A DNA stretch of 64,000 bases from an uncultured delta proteobacterium (GCA_963789395.1 CAWBKP010000003.1:1-64000), one strand, 5' to 3'. Shown: positions 10,747-22,480, counted from the first letter of the stretch. The notes: generated by a model from the sequence alone, not told the origin. Program-made: numbers and translations.

Positions 10747-11919
10747 TTAATGAGAGTCCTTATAATCCGGGTGTTCATACAATATCGGCATTTTGGTGAC
10801 AATAAACCGGAAAACCAGAATACCGACCACAACGATAAACACGGATACCATGATTTCCATCCAGTGCGGGAAATACCGCTCGCTGGATGGAAGCTGCCAG
10901 TTAAACGCAATCAAGGAAATATTGAGCCGGTTCAGAACAATTCCCAGAACCGTCAATACAGCCGTCCAGCGAATGAGCTTGACGTTTTTATCCCGCACCC
11001 CCACTGCGTACAGGAAACAGGGCAGCGCGACAAATCCGAGCAACTCGAGCAGAAACCATGCGCCGTAACCCGTTATCAGATAATGCCAGTTATTGGAAAC
11101 CGCCAGGCCGATGATTTTGATGGTGAAATACCCGGCCAGAACCAGCGAGGCAGCCTTTCCAAACCCAAGCGTCACGCCGGTGTTTTCCTTAAGATGGGTT
11201 TGATCCATCTTATCTTCAAAATAATGATGCGACAGGGTGCTTTCGAAAAGGACCATGGAAAGTCCGGCAATGATGCTTGAAACGAAAAAATACACCGGAA
11301 GGTAGGTGGAATACCACAGTGGATGAAGTTTTGATGGCGCGATCAGATAAAGCGCGCCCAACGACGATTGATGCAGGGTGGAAAGTACCACGCCGAAAAT
11401 GGTGAGCAGCATGGTCAGTCTCACCACGATATTCCGGGCTTTTTTCAGCCCGAGCCATTCGAATGCAGCCGGCGTAAATTCAATGAAGAGCACTGTCAGA
11501 TACAAGGCCACGCAGGCGCCGACCTCAAAGAGAAGGGATGTGGTTCCCTGCTGAACAATGAACGGGTAGGGAAGTCTCCAGGGCCGGCCGACATCATAGT
11601 TCAGCGCAAACACAACCAGGGCATACCCCAGAAATCCCGTTAAAATAGCGGGCCGGACCGCCGAATGGTAGCGCTTCATTCCGAAAATATACACGGCCGC
11701 TGAGGTCACAAAACCGCCCGCAGCCAGGGCGACACCGCAGAGAAGGTCAAATCCGATCCACAGGCCCCAAGGGTTGTTGTCGGAAAGATTGGTGACCGCA
11801 GCCAGCCCCTTGGTGAATCTCAGCACCGTAATAACAGCGCCGATGACCAGGACAACTCCCGCAAAGAGATTAAACGGGGTTAGAAGCGATTTGTTGACGG
11901 ACAGGGTTTTTTCAGACAT
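10747..11919 (-). CDS. hmcC: Hmc complex NrfD/HybB-like integral membrane subunit
   Basis: [16 protein letters not shown] and [11 protein letters not shown]rfD-family motifs; about 10 TM segments; GGAGG RBS before 11919. Confidence 0.88.
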   Translation of the reverse strand: MSEKTLSVNKSLLTPFNLFAGVVLVIGAVITVLRFTKGLAAVTNLSDNNPWGLWIGFDLLCGVALAAGGFVTSAAVYIFGMKRYHSAVRPAILTGFLGYALVVFALNYDVGRPWRLPYPFIVQQGTTSLLFEVGACVALYLTVLFIEFTPAAFEWLGLKKARNIVVRLTMLLTIFGVVLSTLHQSSLGALYLIAPSKLHPLWYSTYLPVYFFVSSIIAGLSMVLFESTLSHHYFEDKMDQTHLKENTGVTLGFGKAASLVLAGYFTIKIIGLAVSNNWHYLITGYGAWFLLELLGFVALPCFLYAVGVRDKNVKLIRWTAVLTVLGIVLNRLNISLIAFNWQLPSSERYFPHWMEIMVSVFIVVVGILVFRFIVTKMPILYEHPDYKDSH

Positions 11920-12982
11920 CAGATGCCTCCTGTTTAACGCTGGCGGCTTCATCCAGGGCTTTTTTTACAGCCTGTTTGACGGCCGTCTCCTTATCTTTCT
12001 GGGCGTCTTTCTGGGCCTTTTCCAGCGCGCCGGCCAATTTCTGTTTTGCCACTGCTTCGGTTTTATCAACAGCCTCGGCCACTGCCTTTGCCTGTTCTTC
12101 GGCAGCCACTTTTTCCTTGCGCTGGGAAATGGCATAGATTCCGGTCAGCAGAACCGGCCAGAGCCCCACAACAATCGGAACAGCCCCCAGCGCGCCGGCA
12201 GTCAGTTCGGGTGCAGGGGTAATGCCCAGGTCTTCCCGCATGCCGATTTGTTTGAACGGCGTGCCGGAAATATACAACCAGCTTGTCCCGCCCATTTCGG
12301 TTTCGCCATAAATGTGGTCCAGATACCGTTCCGGATTTTTCAATATCCTTTCGCGGGCAAGATTCAAAATATCCTTGCGTTTACCGAACGATATGGCCTC
12401 TTTGGGACAGGCTTCAACGCAGCCGGGCAGCTGACCTTTTAAAACTCGGGGATGGCACATGGTGCATTTCATCACCCGCGGGGAGAATGCGTTGTCGTAT
12501 TCATAAGAAGGAATTTCAAAGGGGCAGGCAACCATGCAATAGCGGCATCCGACACAAACCGACTGATCGTAGCTTACAGCGCCTTCCGGAGTTTTCTTGA
12601 ATGCCTTGACAAAACAGGCCGACGCACAGGCAGGCTCCAGGCAGTGATTGCACTGTTTTTTTACAAATATCGGCTGCTTTGAATTCTTTTCATTTTCAAA
12701 CCGGTTCACGACCGTGAATGCCTTGGCAGTGGTCCTGCGTTTTTGATTCAAGACGGTTAAATCCTTAAACGGCAGATCCGGCGGCGGGAGTTCATTGACC
12801 TTGTTGCAGGCTGCTTCACAAGCCCGGCATCCCACACACAAGGTAATATCATGGAGAATTGCAAAACTGTCCGCATACCCCGTGAAATGAACTGTGGAGG
12901 AAGCATTGGCGCTTCTTCCCAAAACAGTGCTTGCACCTGCTGCACCGATCCATCCCAGAAATCTTCTTCGTGTTACCGACAT
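11912..12982 (-). CDS. hmcB: Hmc complex periplasmic 4x[4Fe-4S] subunit (HybA-like)
   Basis: Tat motif [46 protein letters not shown]...GCVEACP; C-terminal TM helix plus Ala/Lys/Glu-rich tail. Confidence 0.9.
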   Translation of the reverse strand: MSVTRRRFLGWIGAAGASTVLGRSANASSTVHFTGYADSFAILHDITLCVGCRACEAACNKVNELPPPDLPFKDLTVLNQKRRTTAKAFTVVNRFENEKNSKQPIFVKKQCNHCLEPACASACFVKAFKKTPEGAVSYDQSVCVGCRYCMVACPFEIPSYEYDNAFSPRVMKCTMCHPRVLKGQLPGCVEACPKEAISFGKRKDILNLARERILKNPERYLDHIYGETEMGGTSWLYISGTPFKQIGMREDLGITPAPELTAGALGAVPIVVGLWPVLLTGIYAISQRKEKVAAEEQAKAVAEAVDKTEAVAKQKLAGALEKAQKDAQKDKETAVKQAVKKALDEAASVKQEASDV

Positions 12983-13110
12983 GTCGCTACCTCTGTTAAT
13001 GCGAATCAAGAGCGGGCGTTCAAAAGAACCGTATTTTTGAAGTTCCGCTCTTTCTGACTTCGATATTTAACCCTGATATCCTTCTGTCTCCAGTTACAGA
13101 ACCTGAGCTG

Positions 13111-14685
13111 TTATTTTTTTTCCTTGTGACAGTCCGTACATCCCATGGGTTTTTCCATGCCCATAGCCTTATGGCAGCCCATGCACTGCTGGTGGTAGGC
13201 CCCCAGCAACCCGGGTGCCAGGGGACTATTCTCGTTAAAGGGCTTGTTATGACAGCTCTGACATTTCGGAGGCTTAATCGAAACCGGGCTGTTGTGATGG
13301 CATCCCTGGCAGACGCTCATCTGGTTCGGATGAAAAAAGCTTGCCAGTTTATCGTCGCCAATATTTTTCAAAAGCGTCTGCGCAATTTTTCGGTGCGGAA
13401 ACTCAGCCGGTTCGTACTGATGGACCAGGGATTTGATCACCACTTTTTCCGGAATATCCTTCAGAATCTGCTCCGAAAATGGGGACGTCACGGGACTTCG
13501 GGAATTCAGCAACTCTCTGGCTATAAGGGGCTCTTCGTTTTTGGGAATCGGCTCAGTAGTCTGCTGGATGGGTTTCATGTGACATTTCAGACAGGCCGAT
13601 TCGTCGTTTTTCGGTCTATCGATAAAGCCGTGGCAGCCGGCGCATTTGGCATCGGATTTCTTGAGATCATGGCAGCCCTTACAGCTTTCATCGGCATTTG
13701 CCTGATGCATGGCACGGTCCAGTGTCACGCCCTTGCTTTCTTTGGTTCCGGTCAGGGTATGGCATTTGTTGCAGGCGTTGAGATCTTCATGGTGACAGAC
13801 GATGCAGGTATCCGTGTAGCCTTCATGGGCTTTGTGGTCAAAGGGGGTAAAATTCATGCGGGCTTCCGGCTGTAACTGATCTTGGCTGATTTTGAGCAGA
13901 ACCGTATCCGGTTGATTGCGTTTGATGCGGGGGACATCTTTTATCTTTTCGATCATTGCCTGCTGTTCCGGATCATGACATCCGCCGCACTGAACCGGAC
14001 CCGCTTTTTTCCCGGCAGCTACGGTCTTTCGATGGCAGCCGATGCAGGCGATGTGTGAGGCCAGCCGATCGGAAATACGGTTATCCTCCGTGACTTCCTT
14101 GTGACAGTAAAGGCAGGCGCCTTCTTTTTCCTTGGCGTAAAACAGCTTTTTGGTTTTTTCATCATATTCATGGTGGCAAAGCTCACACTTGTTCTCAAGC
14201 GCTTTGGTGTGGCGGTAATGAAGGGATTTGTCCAGTCCCATGGGCTGGAGATCGGAAACAACACCGGGTTTTTCTTTATGACAATCACCGCAGGCAACCG
14301 GACCGGCTTTTTCACCTGCGGATGCAGTCTGCTTATGGCATTCGATACAGCGGGAATGGTACACTTCCATGGCCTGTTTCTTGGAATCATCTTTGAGTCG
14401 CATAAACTTTAAAGAAAGTCGATCTTTTTCAGTCAAATGACAGACCGAACAGTCTTTTTTCTTTTTTTCCAAAGCCTTGGTATGAGTGTCATGGAGGAAT
14501 TCAACGCCGGGACGTTCCAGTTTGCCAAAAGACTTGAGCGTATCTATCATAATTACATCCGCCTGCTTCTGATCCCCTTCCTGCGGCCGACTCTCGCTGC
14601 CATAAGCGCCAATTCCCCAGGTGGATACAAAGACAATTGCAGCCGGAATAATGAACTTAATCAGTAACGATCTGACTTTCCCCAT
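13111..14685 (-). CDS. hmcA: High-molecular-weight 16-heme cytochrome c
   Basis: 16 CxxCH motifs counted in the translation; signal peptide; heads the operon. Confidence 0.93.
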   Translation of the reverse strand: MGKVRSLLIKFIIPAAIVFVSTWGIGAYGSESRPQEGDQKQADVIMIDTLKSFGKLERPGVEFLHDTHTKALEKKKKDCSVCHLTEKDRLSLKFMRLKDDSKKQAMEVYHSRCIECHKQTASAGEKAGPVACGDCHKEKPGVVSDLQPMGLDKSLHYRHTKALENKCELCHHEYDEKTKKLFYAKEKEGACLYCHKEVTEDNRISDRLASHIACIGCHRKTVAAGKKAGPVQCGGCHDPEQQAMIEKIKDVPRIKRNQPDTVLLKISQDQLQPEARMNFTPFDHKAHEGYTDTCIVCHHEDLNACNKCHTLTGTKESKGVTLDRAMHQANADESCKGCHDLKKSDAKCAGCHGFIDRPKNDESACLKCHMKPIQQTTEPIPKNEEPLIARELLNSRSPVTSPFSEQILKDIPEKVVIKSLVHQYEPAEFPHRKIAQTLLKNIGDDKLASFFHPNQMSVCQGCHHNSPVSIKPPKCQSCHNKPFNENSPLAPGLLGAYHQQCMGCHKAMGMEKPMGCTDCHKEKK

Positions 14686-14964
14686 GATACGATTCCTTGT
14701 GAAATATCATTGCGCAATAAACAATCAATGAAAAAACCCCATATCGATAGTTTCAATCTTGTCCCTGTTCAGGATCTTTTTCGCTGTATTACAGATCGAA
14801 GAAATTCCATTTTATAATGAAGCTGCATGATCTCGAACTAACGTAGATATCTGATGTAATCCCGCAGTCTCACATTTTGGTAAGCGGAACCTCCAACCAT
14901 GCGTCGATGCCGTTGCTCCATAGAATTCAACGGATTACTCTTCTATTGTAGTTTATTGCTGTTG

Positions 14965-14993
14965 TATTTAGTCGAGAACAATTATCATGTCAA
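14965..14993 (-). promoter_or_regulatory. Candidate sigma70 promoter for the hmc operon
   Basis: Minus strand TTGACA-N17-TAAATA in an AT-rich divergent intergenic region. Confidence 0.35.
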
Positions 14994-15163
14994 AAGAATT
15001 TTTTCCATTTTTTGAAATGCCGACATTATTAATTCGAATTGGAATTGACTTTTGTCATCATACAATTGTAAATAAAAACAAGTATTTATAGTTTGCCCGC
15101 ATCCAATATCAAATCGCATTTTAATCCATCAACCTTATTGCCCACAGAGGAGGCTGTTCTCAC

Positions 15164-15637
15164 ATGACAAAACATCGGTTCATGACTTTTATCGTCTTTG
15201 GAGCCATCGCTCTCTTTATGACGAGTTGCGCCACTACCAATTCCAACACCACAACAGGGGAAACATCCGAGGCGGCAATTCAGAAAGATCAGTGGTCAGG
15301 CGGCATATACCGTGAGTTCGGGGATGTTCTGGTCCCCATCGAAATGGATATGGTTCCCGATGCCTCTTTTGTGTATTCAACCTCCGGAATTGCAGCCGGG
15401 GTGATGACTCTTAAAGGCCGAGTGGATACGGAATCACTCTTCACTTTTTTCCAGAACAATATGGTCAAGGACAACTGGAAACTGGTCAGCTATTTTAAAT
15501 CTCCCAAGAGCCTCCTGCTGTTTCGAAAGGAAACCCGATGGTCGGTGATCAGTATCAAAGGTGAAACTTTTAATACCTATGCTGAAATATGGGTTGCGCC
15601 CACTGCCGGAAATGCCGATATCGGAGCGCTGAAATAG
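15164..15637 (+). CDS. Hypothetical lipoprotein
   Basis: Hydrophobic signal ending in lipobox MTSC; GAGGAGG RBS. Confidence 0.75.
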   Translation: MTKHRFMTFIVFGAIALFMTSCATTNSNTTTGETSEAAIQKDQWSGGIYREFGDVLVPIEMDMVPDASFVYSTSGIAAGVMTLKGRVDTESLFTFFQNNMVKDNWKLVSYFKSPKSLLLFRKETRWSVISIKGETFNTYAEIWVAPTAGNADIGALK

Positions 15638-15653
15638 CGCAGGGGCCATTGCC

Positions 15654-16863
15654 ATGTTGTCTTCGTTAACGGACAAATCCGTTGTTCTGGGCGTATGCGG
15701 CGGCATAGCCGCCTATAAAAGCGTGGATCTGCTCAGACTCATCACCAAATGCGGGGCGTCGGTCCGGGTGATCCTGACAGAAAATGCCGGACATTTTGTC
15801 GGACCCATGACGTTTGAAGCCCTGTCCGGCCAGCCGGTATGCCAGAGCCTGTTTGAAAAAGGGGGGAATACCTCCATCCAGCATATCGAATGGGCGCAAA
15901 CAGCCGATGCCGTTGTCATCGCACCCGCAACCGCCAATATCATCGGGAAACTGGCCTGCGGCATTGCCGATGACGCGTTAAGTACGTTCATGCTGGCCGT
16001 GACAGCCCCCCGGATCATCTGTCCTGCCATGAATTCCAACATGTATCTGAATGATGCCGTTCAGAACAATCTCGCCACACTCAAAAACAGAGGATATCAA
16101 ATTGTCGAGCCGGGGTCCGGCCTGATGGCCTGCGGCACCACGGGCCCCGGAAGACTTCCGGAACCCGGTGAAATTCTCGATGCGCTGATCACTTCACTGA
16201 CGGAAAAGGACCTTATCGGTACGCACATCCTTGATCACCGCCGGCCCGACAAGAGAGCACATTGATCCTGTCCGGTTCATCAGCAATCCGTCATCCGGTA
16301 AAATGGGATTTGCCATTGCAAAGGCGGCTGCTCAGCGCGGGGCGACGGTTTCCCTGGTTTCAGGGCCATCAGAGCTGCCAGACCCCTGTAATGTTCATGT
16401 GGTTCGCGTGGTTTCGGCAAAGGAAATGGCGGATGCGGTCTTTGCGCTTTTTGATCAGGTGGATGCCGTCATCAAGACTGCTGCCGTATCCGACTACCGG
16501 CCCAAGGCCCCGTCGGATCACAAAATCAAAAAAGGATCGGACGAACTCACATTGACGCTTGAAAAAACTCAGGATATTCTAAAAGAATTGGGAAAGCGGA
16601 AAAACGATCAGGTCCTTGTGGGCTTTGCAGCGGAAACACAGGCGCTTGAAACGTATGCAAGACAAAAACTGCTGGAAAAGCACCTGGATATCATCGTAGG
16701 AAATATTGTTGGAAACAAAGACTCGGGTTTTGGTTCGGAAACCAATAAGGTTACCCTGTTTTACAGCAACGGGGCCAGTGAATCCCTCGCACTGATGCCA
16801 AAGGAGACAGTAGCCGGCATTATTCTGGACCGGGTGGCGGAATGTATGAACCAAAAGGCGTAA
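15654..16863 (+). CDS. coaBC: Phosphopantothenoylcysteine decarboxylase/ligase, split by a +1 frameshift near 16231
   Basis: GGIAAYK, APATAN, PAMN, then [25 protein letters not shown]. Removing one T from ATCCTTGATCACC restores ILITAGPT. Confidence 0.92.
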
Positions 16864-16905
16864 TGCAACAATTCACACGACCCATAGATCTCCGCGCAGA
16901 AAATC

Positions 16906-17731
16906 ATGACCCAAAAGCCTATTTTACCATCCATCATTGATGAAACGCTTTACACACTGCAGGATCTGTCAAAAAAAGGAAGCCGCGGGTTTGACTGTTC
17001 GCGGCACAGCCTGTCCGTGTTAAACGCCTGGAAACGGACGAGCTGATGACAGCCGGCGGATGACAGCCGGCGGATATCAGGAACCGGCCGATTTCCAGCC
17101 TGCGCAGGACAAAATCCCTGAACCGTTGAATTAGACAAGCAACCGCCATCCGATTCAGCAGATTATCTGCACCAATTTCCGATGACTCGCTTGAATACCA
17201 TTATCACGGATATTGGGCGACTGCCGGCGCTGCAACCTGTCAACGACCCGGACCCACATTGTTTTTGGCGCTGGAAGCCCTAATGCAGCACTCATGTTTG
17301 TGGGGGAAGCTCCGGGATTTGACGAAGATCAGCAGGGAATGCCATTTGTGGGCAAGGCCGGACAGCTTTTGACGCGGATCATTCAGGCCATCAACCTGAC
17401 CCGGGACCAGGTCTATATCTGCAATGTCATCAAATGCAGGCCACCGGGAAACCGAAACCCGGCCCCCGATGAAATCCTTGCCTGCTCTCCATTTCTAAAC
17501 CGCCAGATCGCCTCGATTCAGCCGGATTTCATTTGTGCGCTGGGAACGTTTGCCGCCCAGACCCTGTTAAAAACAACGCAGCCGATATCCAGGCTGAGGG
17601 GCCAGTTTTATGACTACAACGGCATCCGGCTTCTGCCCACGTTTCACCCCTCTTATCTTCTTCGAAATCCCGATAAAAAGCGGGAAGTATGGGAGGACAT
17701 GAAGCTGCTCATGAACGAAATGACGCAGTAG
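16906..17731 (+). CDS. Uracil-DNA glycosylase family 4; 5' part disrupted by indels
   Basis: Core 17213-17731 has CRRC, GEAPG, PFVG, KCRPP, HPSY. Upstream reads DSLETIITDIGDC after removing two single bases near 17196-17215. The N-terminal start at 16906 is uncertain. Confidence 0.8.
17045..17075. repeat. Perfect 14-bp tandem duplication
   Basis: GATGACAGCCGGCG x2 followed by GAT. Confidence 0.9.
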
Positions 17732-17753
17732 AAAAGAACTCGGTGGGGAATGT

Positions 17754-18266
17754 ATGACTGAATCAACTAAACGAACGCTGGTCAAAAGCAGTAAAGGAAA
17801 TACGGACAGCCTGACGGCTGGCGTGATTTCAGATACGCACGGGGTTCTGGTTCCGGAAGCCTCACATATTTTAATGGGTGTTGATCTGATTATCCATGCC
17901 GGCGACATTGATACCCCGGCGGTCCTTGACGAACTGAAACGGATCGCTCCGGTTTTTGCAGTCCAAGGGAACATGGACAGGGGTAACTGGGCATCTCATC
18001 TTTGTGAGACCGAAGCCATTGAAATCGGCCAGTGTCTGCTGTATGTACTGCACGATGTCAGCAGGCTGGATCTGGATCCTTCGGCAGCGGGCATGCATGC
18101 GGTTATTCACGGCCATACCCACCAGCCTTCCGATGAACTTCAAAACGGGGTCAGGTTTCTTAACCCGGGCAGCGCAACCCATCCCCGTCGCAACGCACCA
18201 CCTTCGCTCATGAAGCTTTATATCACGGGTACGGATCTTCGCTCGGAGATTATTCACCTGGGATAA
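17754..18266 (+). CDS. Metallophosphoesterase (YfcE/MJ0936 family)
   Basis: SDTHG, HAGD, GNMD, GHTH, NPGS motifs. Confidence 0.9.
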   Translation: MTESTKRTLVKSSKGNTDSLTAGVISDTHGVLVPEASHILMGVDLIIHAGDIDTPAVLDELKRIAPVFAVQGNMDRGNWASHLCETEAIEIGQCLLYVLHDVSRLDLDPSAAGMHAVIHGHTHQPSDELQNGVRFLNPGSATHPRRNAPPSLMKLYITGTDLRSEIIHLG

Positions 18267-18362
18267 AAAGGCTGAAACCGGAGGCAACCGGCAGAAGTGA
18301 TTGATGGTTAAACTCCCTGTAACCTGCAGTCCAAACTCCAGGTTATCTAATTTCTTTGTTTT

Positions 18363-20909
18363 TCAATTGCCTGCTTTCATGCAGTCCGGCGCCAGCTTGA
18401 CGATACGGGCAGTTTTGATGGCCTCTTCCGAAAGATCAAAAATAGCAGCCAGAATCTCCGCCGGCCTCAAAGTCTGCTGCAGTCCGGAACGAATCGTCAG
18501 AAACAGGCCATCATCTCCGTCAAGTTCCAGAAGTTCGACATGCTCTTTATAATTGACCTGAGACGATGTCCCTTTTTTGTTGACGCGGGTTATTACAAAC
18601 GCTTCACGTGCCAGAAAGGCTTCGAGCAAGTTTCTTTCAAACCCGCCTGTTTTCAATTGGATTTTATACCGGATGCTTTCGAGGACAACCGCCTCTTTTT
18701 TTGAAGGAGCGATTTCCCATCGGGTAATGGTCAACCCTTCAGGAAGGGCCTGATTGAGCCTGTCCATCATCTGGCAGGTTGAAAATGCCGGGCTTGCAGA
18801 CACCATGCAGGTTTCATGAAGGCTCTCCATTCCGACCGGAAGGGGATCATCAAAGGATATTTTGGGTTTAGGGTGGAATCCGGCGGAAAACGCCACCGGA
18901 ATTTTCGCCCTGCGGAATGCGCGGAACATGATATTTGCCAGCTCAAGATGCCCGAAGACCCGTGCCGGTCCGGTTTTGGTATAAGAAATGCGATAGCGGA
19001 CGGCTTCGGGAATCGCTGGAATGGGCGATTCGACATGCGTTTCCGATTCCCGGCTTTCGGATGCGGAAAACACCCTGGGCTCAATGGCCTGAAAATCACA
19101 GACCCCGCAGGACTGGCAATCTCCCGACCGGCAATCCGGTGTGGATTCCTGCTCCAGGGCTTTTTCCCATTCGGATACCAGAAAGGGTTTGGTGACCCGG
19201 CTGTGAATATGATCCCAGGGAAGCGGCTCTGAAAGATCCCTTGCCCGGGTCGTGTAAAAAGAAATATCAATGCCTGTTTCCGCAAGCGATTTTTCCCATT
19301 TTAAAGGGTCAAAATGATCGCTCCACCCATCCAGGCGGCAGCCATGTTGCCAGGCCGCTACCAGAAGCTGCGCCAGCCGGCGGTCTCCCCTTGCCCACAA
19401 CCCCTCCAGCAGGCCGACGCGAGGGTCTTGCCATTTGAACTGAACATCTGCAAAATTCAACTTTTCTTTCAGCCAGTGAATTCTTTTCTGGGATTCTTCA
19501 ACGGTGAGCTGCGGCGCCCACTGAAACGGGGTGTGGGGTTTCGGGATAAAGGTGTTCACGCTGACATTGATCTGGTTTTTATGGCCTTTCATTCCCTTGC
19601 TCTTTTGAAGCTTGAGCTTTCGAAGATCGCGCACCAGATCCACCATGGCGGACAGGTCTTCATCGGTTTCCGTGGGAAGCCCGATCATGAAATACAGCTT
19701 GACGACCTGCCATCCCAGGGAAAAAGCGTCGTGAACCGTCGAGACGATATCCTCCTGGGTGATGTTTTTATTGATCACATTCCGAAGCCGCTGGCTCCCG
19801 GCTTCGGGGGCAATGGTAAAGCCGGTTTTCCGGATCTGTTTGATCTGGGTCATCAGCTCCGGGGTGAGGGTTCCGGCGCGAAACGAGGGAAGCGATACGG
19901 CAATGTGTTCCGGCGCGCACCGATTAATCAGGCGGGCCATCAACTCCGGCATGCAGCCATAATCGCTGGTGCTGAGAGACAAAAGCGAGAGCTCGTCATA
20001 ACCGGTTGCGGCAAGCGCATTTTCCGCCTGGTGCATCAGGGTTTGGACCGAACGCTCCCGAACCGGCCGGTAGATCATGCCTGCCTGACAGAATCGGCAT
20101 CCCCGCGTACAGCCTCTTGAGACTTCCAGCCGCAGCCTGTCGTGAACCGGCCGGCCATACGGCACAACCGGCCTTTCCGGAAACGGCGCATCGTTCAGGC
20201 TGGGGATGATCGTCCGTTGAACCTGCGGATAGTCCGGATACTTGGGAGTGAGGATCTGAAACCCTTCTGGGGTGTATGACGGCTCAAAAAAAGACGGAAT
20301 ATACACCCCTTCGATTTGTCTCCAGGATTTCAAAAGCTGGGTTTTATCGTTCCCGCCGCCCTGCTTCCACACTCTCCAGCTGTCTGCCATTTCAAGGATA
20401 ACGCTTTCGCCATCGCCAATGACCATGGCGTCAAAGAAATCCGCCACGGGCTCGGGATTGCAGGTGCAGGGCCCCCCTGCAATAACCAGCGGAAAAGACA
20501 GATCCCTGTCCTTGGCAAAAAAAGGGATTCCTGCCAGATCCAGAATGGTGAGAATATTGGTATAATTCAGCTCGTAGAGCAGACTGAATCCGATAATATC
20601 AAACTGCGCCAGCGGTCTTGCGGATTCCAGCGATGCCAGCGGCAGCCGGGCGCTTCTCAGCCGAGATTCCATGTCCGTGTCCGGCGCATACACCCGTTCC
20701 GCTGCAATGGTTTTCTCCCGGTTCAGCAGTTGATAGAGAATTTGAAGCCCGAAATGAGACGTGCCGATGGCATATAAATCCGGAAACGCCAGGACGATGG
20801 AAAGTTCTACTGTTTGCGGATCTTTTTTGATGGCGTTGACTTCCGATCCGATATACTGACTGGGCATCTCAACAAGCGGCAAGATGTCTTGAATACACTG
20901 TTGGGTCAT
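18363..20909 (-). CDS. Radical SAM protein (TIGR03960-like) fused to a DUF2344/TIGR03936-like domain
   Basis: CTRGCRFC cluster motif, AFPDLY N-terminus, C-terminal GHLELA...GFHPKPKISF. Confidence 0.88.
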   Translation of the reverse strand: MTQQCIQDILPLVEMPSQYIGSEVNAIKKDPQTVELSIVLAFPDLYAIGTSHFGLQILYQLLNREKTIAAERVYAPDTDMESRLRSARLPLASLESARPLAQFDIIGFSLLYELNYTNILTILDLAGIPFFAKDRDLSFPLVIAGGPCTCNPEPVADFFDAMVIGDGESVILEMADSWRVWKQGGGNDKTQLLKSWRQIEGVYIPSFFEPSYTPEGFQILTPKYPDYPQVQRTIIPSLNDAPFPERPVVPYGRPVHDRLRLEVSRGCTRGCRFCQAGMIYRPVRERSVQTLMHQAENALAATGYDELSLLSLSTSDYGCMPELMARLINRCAPEHIAVSLPSFRAGTLTPELMTQIKQIRKTGFTIAPEAGSQRLRNVINKNITQEDIVSTVHDAFSLGWQVVKLYFMIGLPTETDEDLSAMVDLVRDLRKLKLQKSKGMKGHKNQINVSVNTFIPKPHTPFQWAPQLTVEESQKRIHWLKEKLNFADVQFKWQDPRVGLLEGLWARGDRRLAQLLVAAWQHGCRLDGWSDHFDPLKWEKSLAETGIDISFYTTRARDLSEPLPWDHIHSRVTKPFLVSEWEKALEQESTPDCRSGDCQSCGVCDFQAIEPRVFSASESRESETHVESPIPAIPEAVRYRISYTKTGPARVFGHLELANIMFRAFRRAKIPVAFSAGFHPKPKISFDDPLPVGMESLHETCMVSASPAFSTCQMMDRLNQALPEGLTITRWEIAPSKKEAVVLESIRYKIQLKTGGFERNLLEAFLAREAFVITRVNKKGTSSQVNYKEHVELLELDGDDGLFLTIRSGLQQTLRPAEILAAIFDLSEEAIKTARIVKLAPDCMKAGN

Positions 20910-20987
20910 GATAATATGCTTTCCGTTTATGCGTCATTATGCAGCATGGTGCTGGCATAACTTGCGATGGCAAAATTTTAAAGATAG

Positions 20988-22403
20988 ATGATTCCCATGC
21001 AAATGACAACCCTGAAATATTTGTTCGGCGCGTTTATCCTGGCGATGGCGCCTTATGCATCCTGCCTGGAAGCTTCTGATGATTTTCCCCGCGAAACCCC
21101 GGTGGTAAAGGCTGTCCGCAAAGTCAGCCCCGCCGTTGTCAATATCAGCTCGGAACAGCAGGTTCAGCAAAGATCCCATCCATTCTCGCGTTATGGAAAC
21201 AATCCTTTTTTCGACAATTTTTTCAGGGATTTTTTCGATCGCGGTTTTGAGCCCAATTACAAACGAACCAGCCTTGGCTCCGGCGTCATCATCGACGGCA
21301 AGCGGGGATATGTCCTAACAAACGCCCATGTAATTGCCAACGCCGGCTTGGTTAAGGTTATTTTTAAGGATGAGCGGCAATATCAGGCCCAAATCGTCGG
21401 GTCCGATCCGGACTCCGACCTGGCAGTCCTGAGGATCACCACCCAGGAATCCATTCCGGCCATTGAGATGGGAAACAGTGACGATCTGATGATCGGTGAA
21501 ACCGTCATCGCCATTGGAAATCCCTTCGGGTTCTCCAATACCGTTACCACCGGTGTCATCAGCGCACTGAACCGGAGTTTTCGAACCGAAGACCGGGTCT
21601 TTCATGATTTTATTCAGATCGACGCCTCCATCAACCCGGGAAACAGCGGCGGCCCGCTGCTGAACATCAACGGCGAACTGGTCGGCATCAATACCGCCAT
21701 ATATGCCAAGGCCCAGGGAATCGGCTTTGCCATCCCGATCAGTAAAGCCAGAAGAATCATTGCGGATTTGATCCAGCACGGTGAGGTGATTCAACCTTGG
21801 TTTGGACTCACGGTCCAGGACCTGGATGCCACACTGTCCCAGTACTTAAACCTTCCCGAACCGGAAAAAACTACCGGCAAAGGGGTTGTGGTCAAGGAAA
21901 TCGAGCCTTCCAGCCCGGCTTCGATTGCCGGAATTCAGCCGGGGGATATTCTTCTTTCCATCGCAAACCGCCCCCTGGCTTCTGTCGAGGGTTACCAAAC
22001 GGTCATTAATGGCATTCCTACGGGTGATACGGTGAGTGTCCAGTTATTCAGAAATGGCAAACCCCTGACCCTGTCTTTGAAATCAGCGATATTTCCAGTG
22101 GAAAGAGCACCTGCGCTTGCCTGGAAACTTCTGGGAATCCGGATTGAAAAACCGGCTGCCCAAAAGCGGCCGGGCCGTCAGCCTGCTTCATCCAGCGGAG
22201 TGGTCATATCCGAGATCGCCCCTTCGTCCTATCTGGCCAGAATCGGTGTTAAACCGGGCGATATCATTCACCAGCTGGATGATATCGGGATCACATCCGT
22301 AGAAGATTTTAACAAGGCCATCGTCAAATATCGCCGAAAAGCCTCAGTTGTGATTCTTCTTCAGCAGGCGGATCAGCTCTATAATATCACCGTTGAGTTA
22401 TAA
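20988..22403 (+). CDS. DegP/HtrA-family serine protease with two PDZ domains
   Basis: TNAHV, DSDLAV and INPGNSGGPL catalytic triad motifs; signal peptide. Confidence 0.92.
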   Translation: MIPMQMTTLKYLFGAFILAMAPYASCLEASDDFPRETPVVKAVRKVSPAVVNISSEQQVQQRSHPFSRYGNNPFFDNFFRDFFDRGFEPNYKRTSLGSGVIIDGKRGYVLTNAHVIANAGLVKVIFKDERQYQAQIVGSDPDSDLAVLRITTQESIPAIEMGNSDDLMIGETVIAIGNPFGFSNTVTTGVISALNRSFRTEDRVFHDFIQIDASINPGNSGGPLLNINGELVGINTAIYAKAQGIGFAIPISKARRIIADLIQHGEVIQPWFGLTVQDLDATLSQYLNLPEPEKTTGKGVVVKEIEPSSPASIAGIQPGDILLSIANRPLASVEGYQTVINGIPTGDTVSVQLFRNGKPLTLSLKSAIFPVERAPALAWKLLGIRIEKPAAQKRPGRQPASSSGVVISEIAPSSYLARIGVKPGDIIHQLDDIGITSVEDFNKAIVKYRRKASVVILLQQADQLYNITVEL

Positions 22404-22451
22404 TGAATGAATCGGGGAAATCGAAATCATCTCAATCTTATCATATTTTTA

Positions 22452-22480
22452 TTGACAATAATGAAACAATACATTATTCT
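22452..22480 (+). promoter_or_regulatory. Sigma70-like promoter upstream of fusA
   Basis: TTGACA-N17-TATTCT. Confidence 0.55.

Noticed and set aside
14697..14717. Rex operator upstream of hmcA (TTGTGAAATAT...)
   Set aside because: Only one half-site matches; the TTCACAA half is absent.
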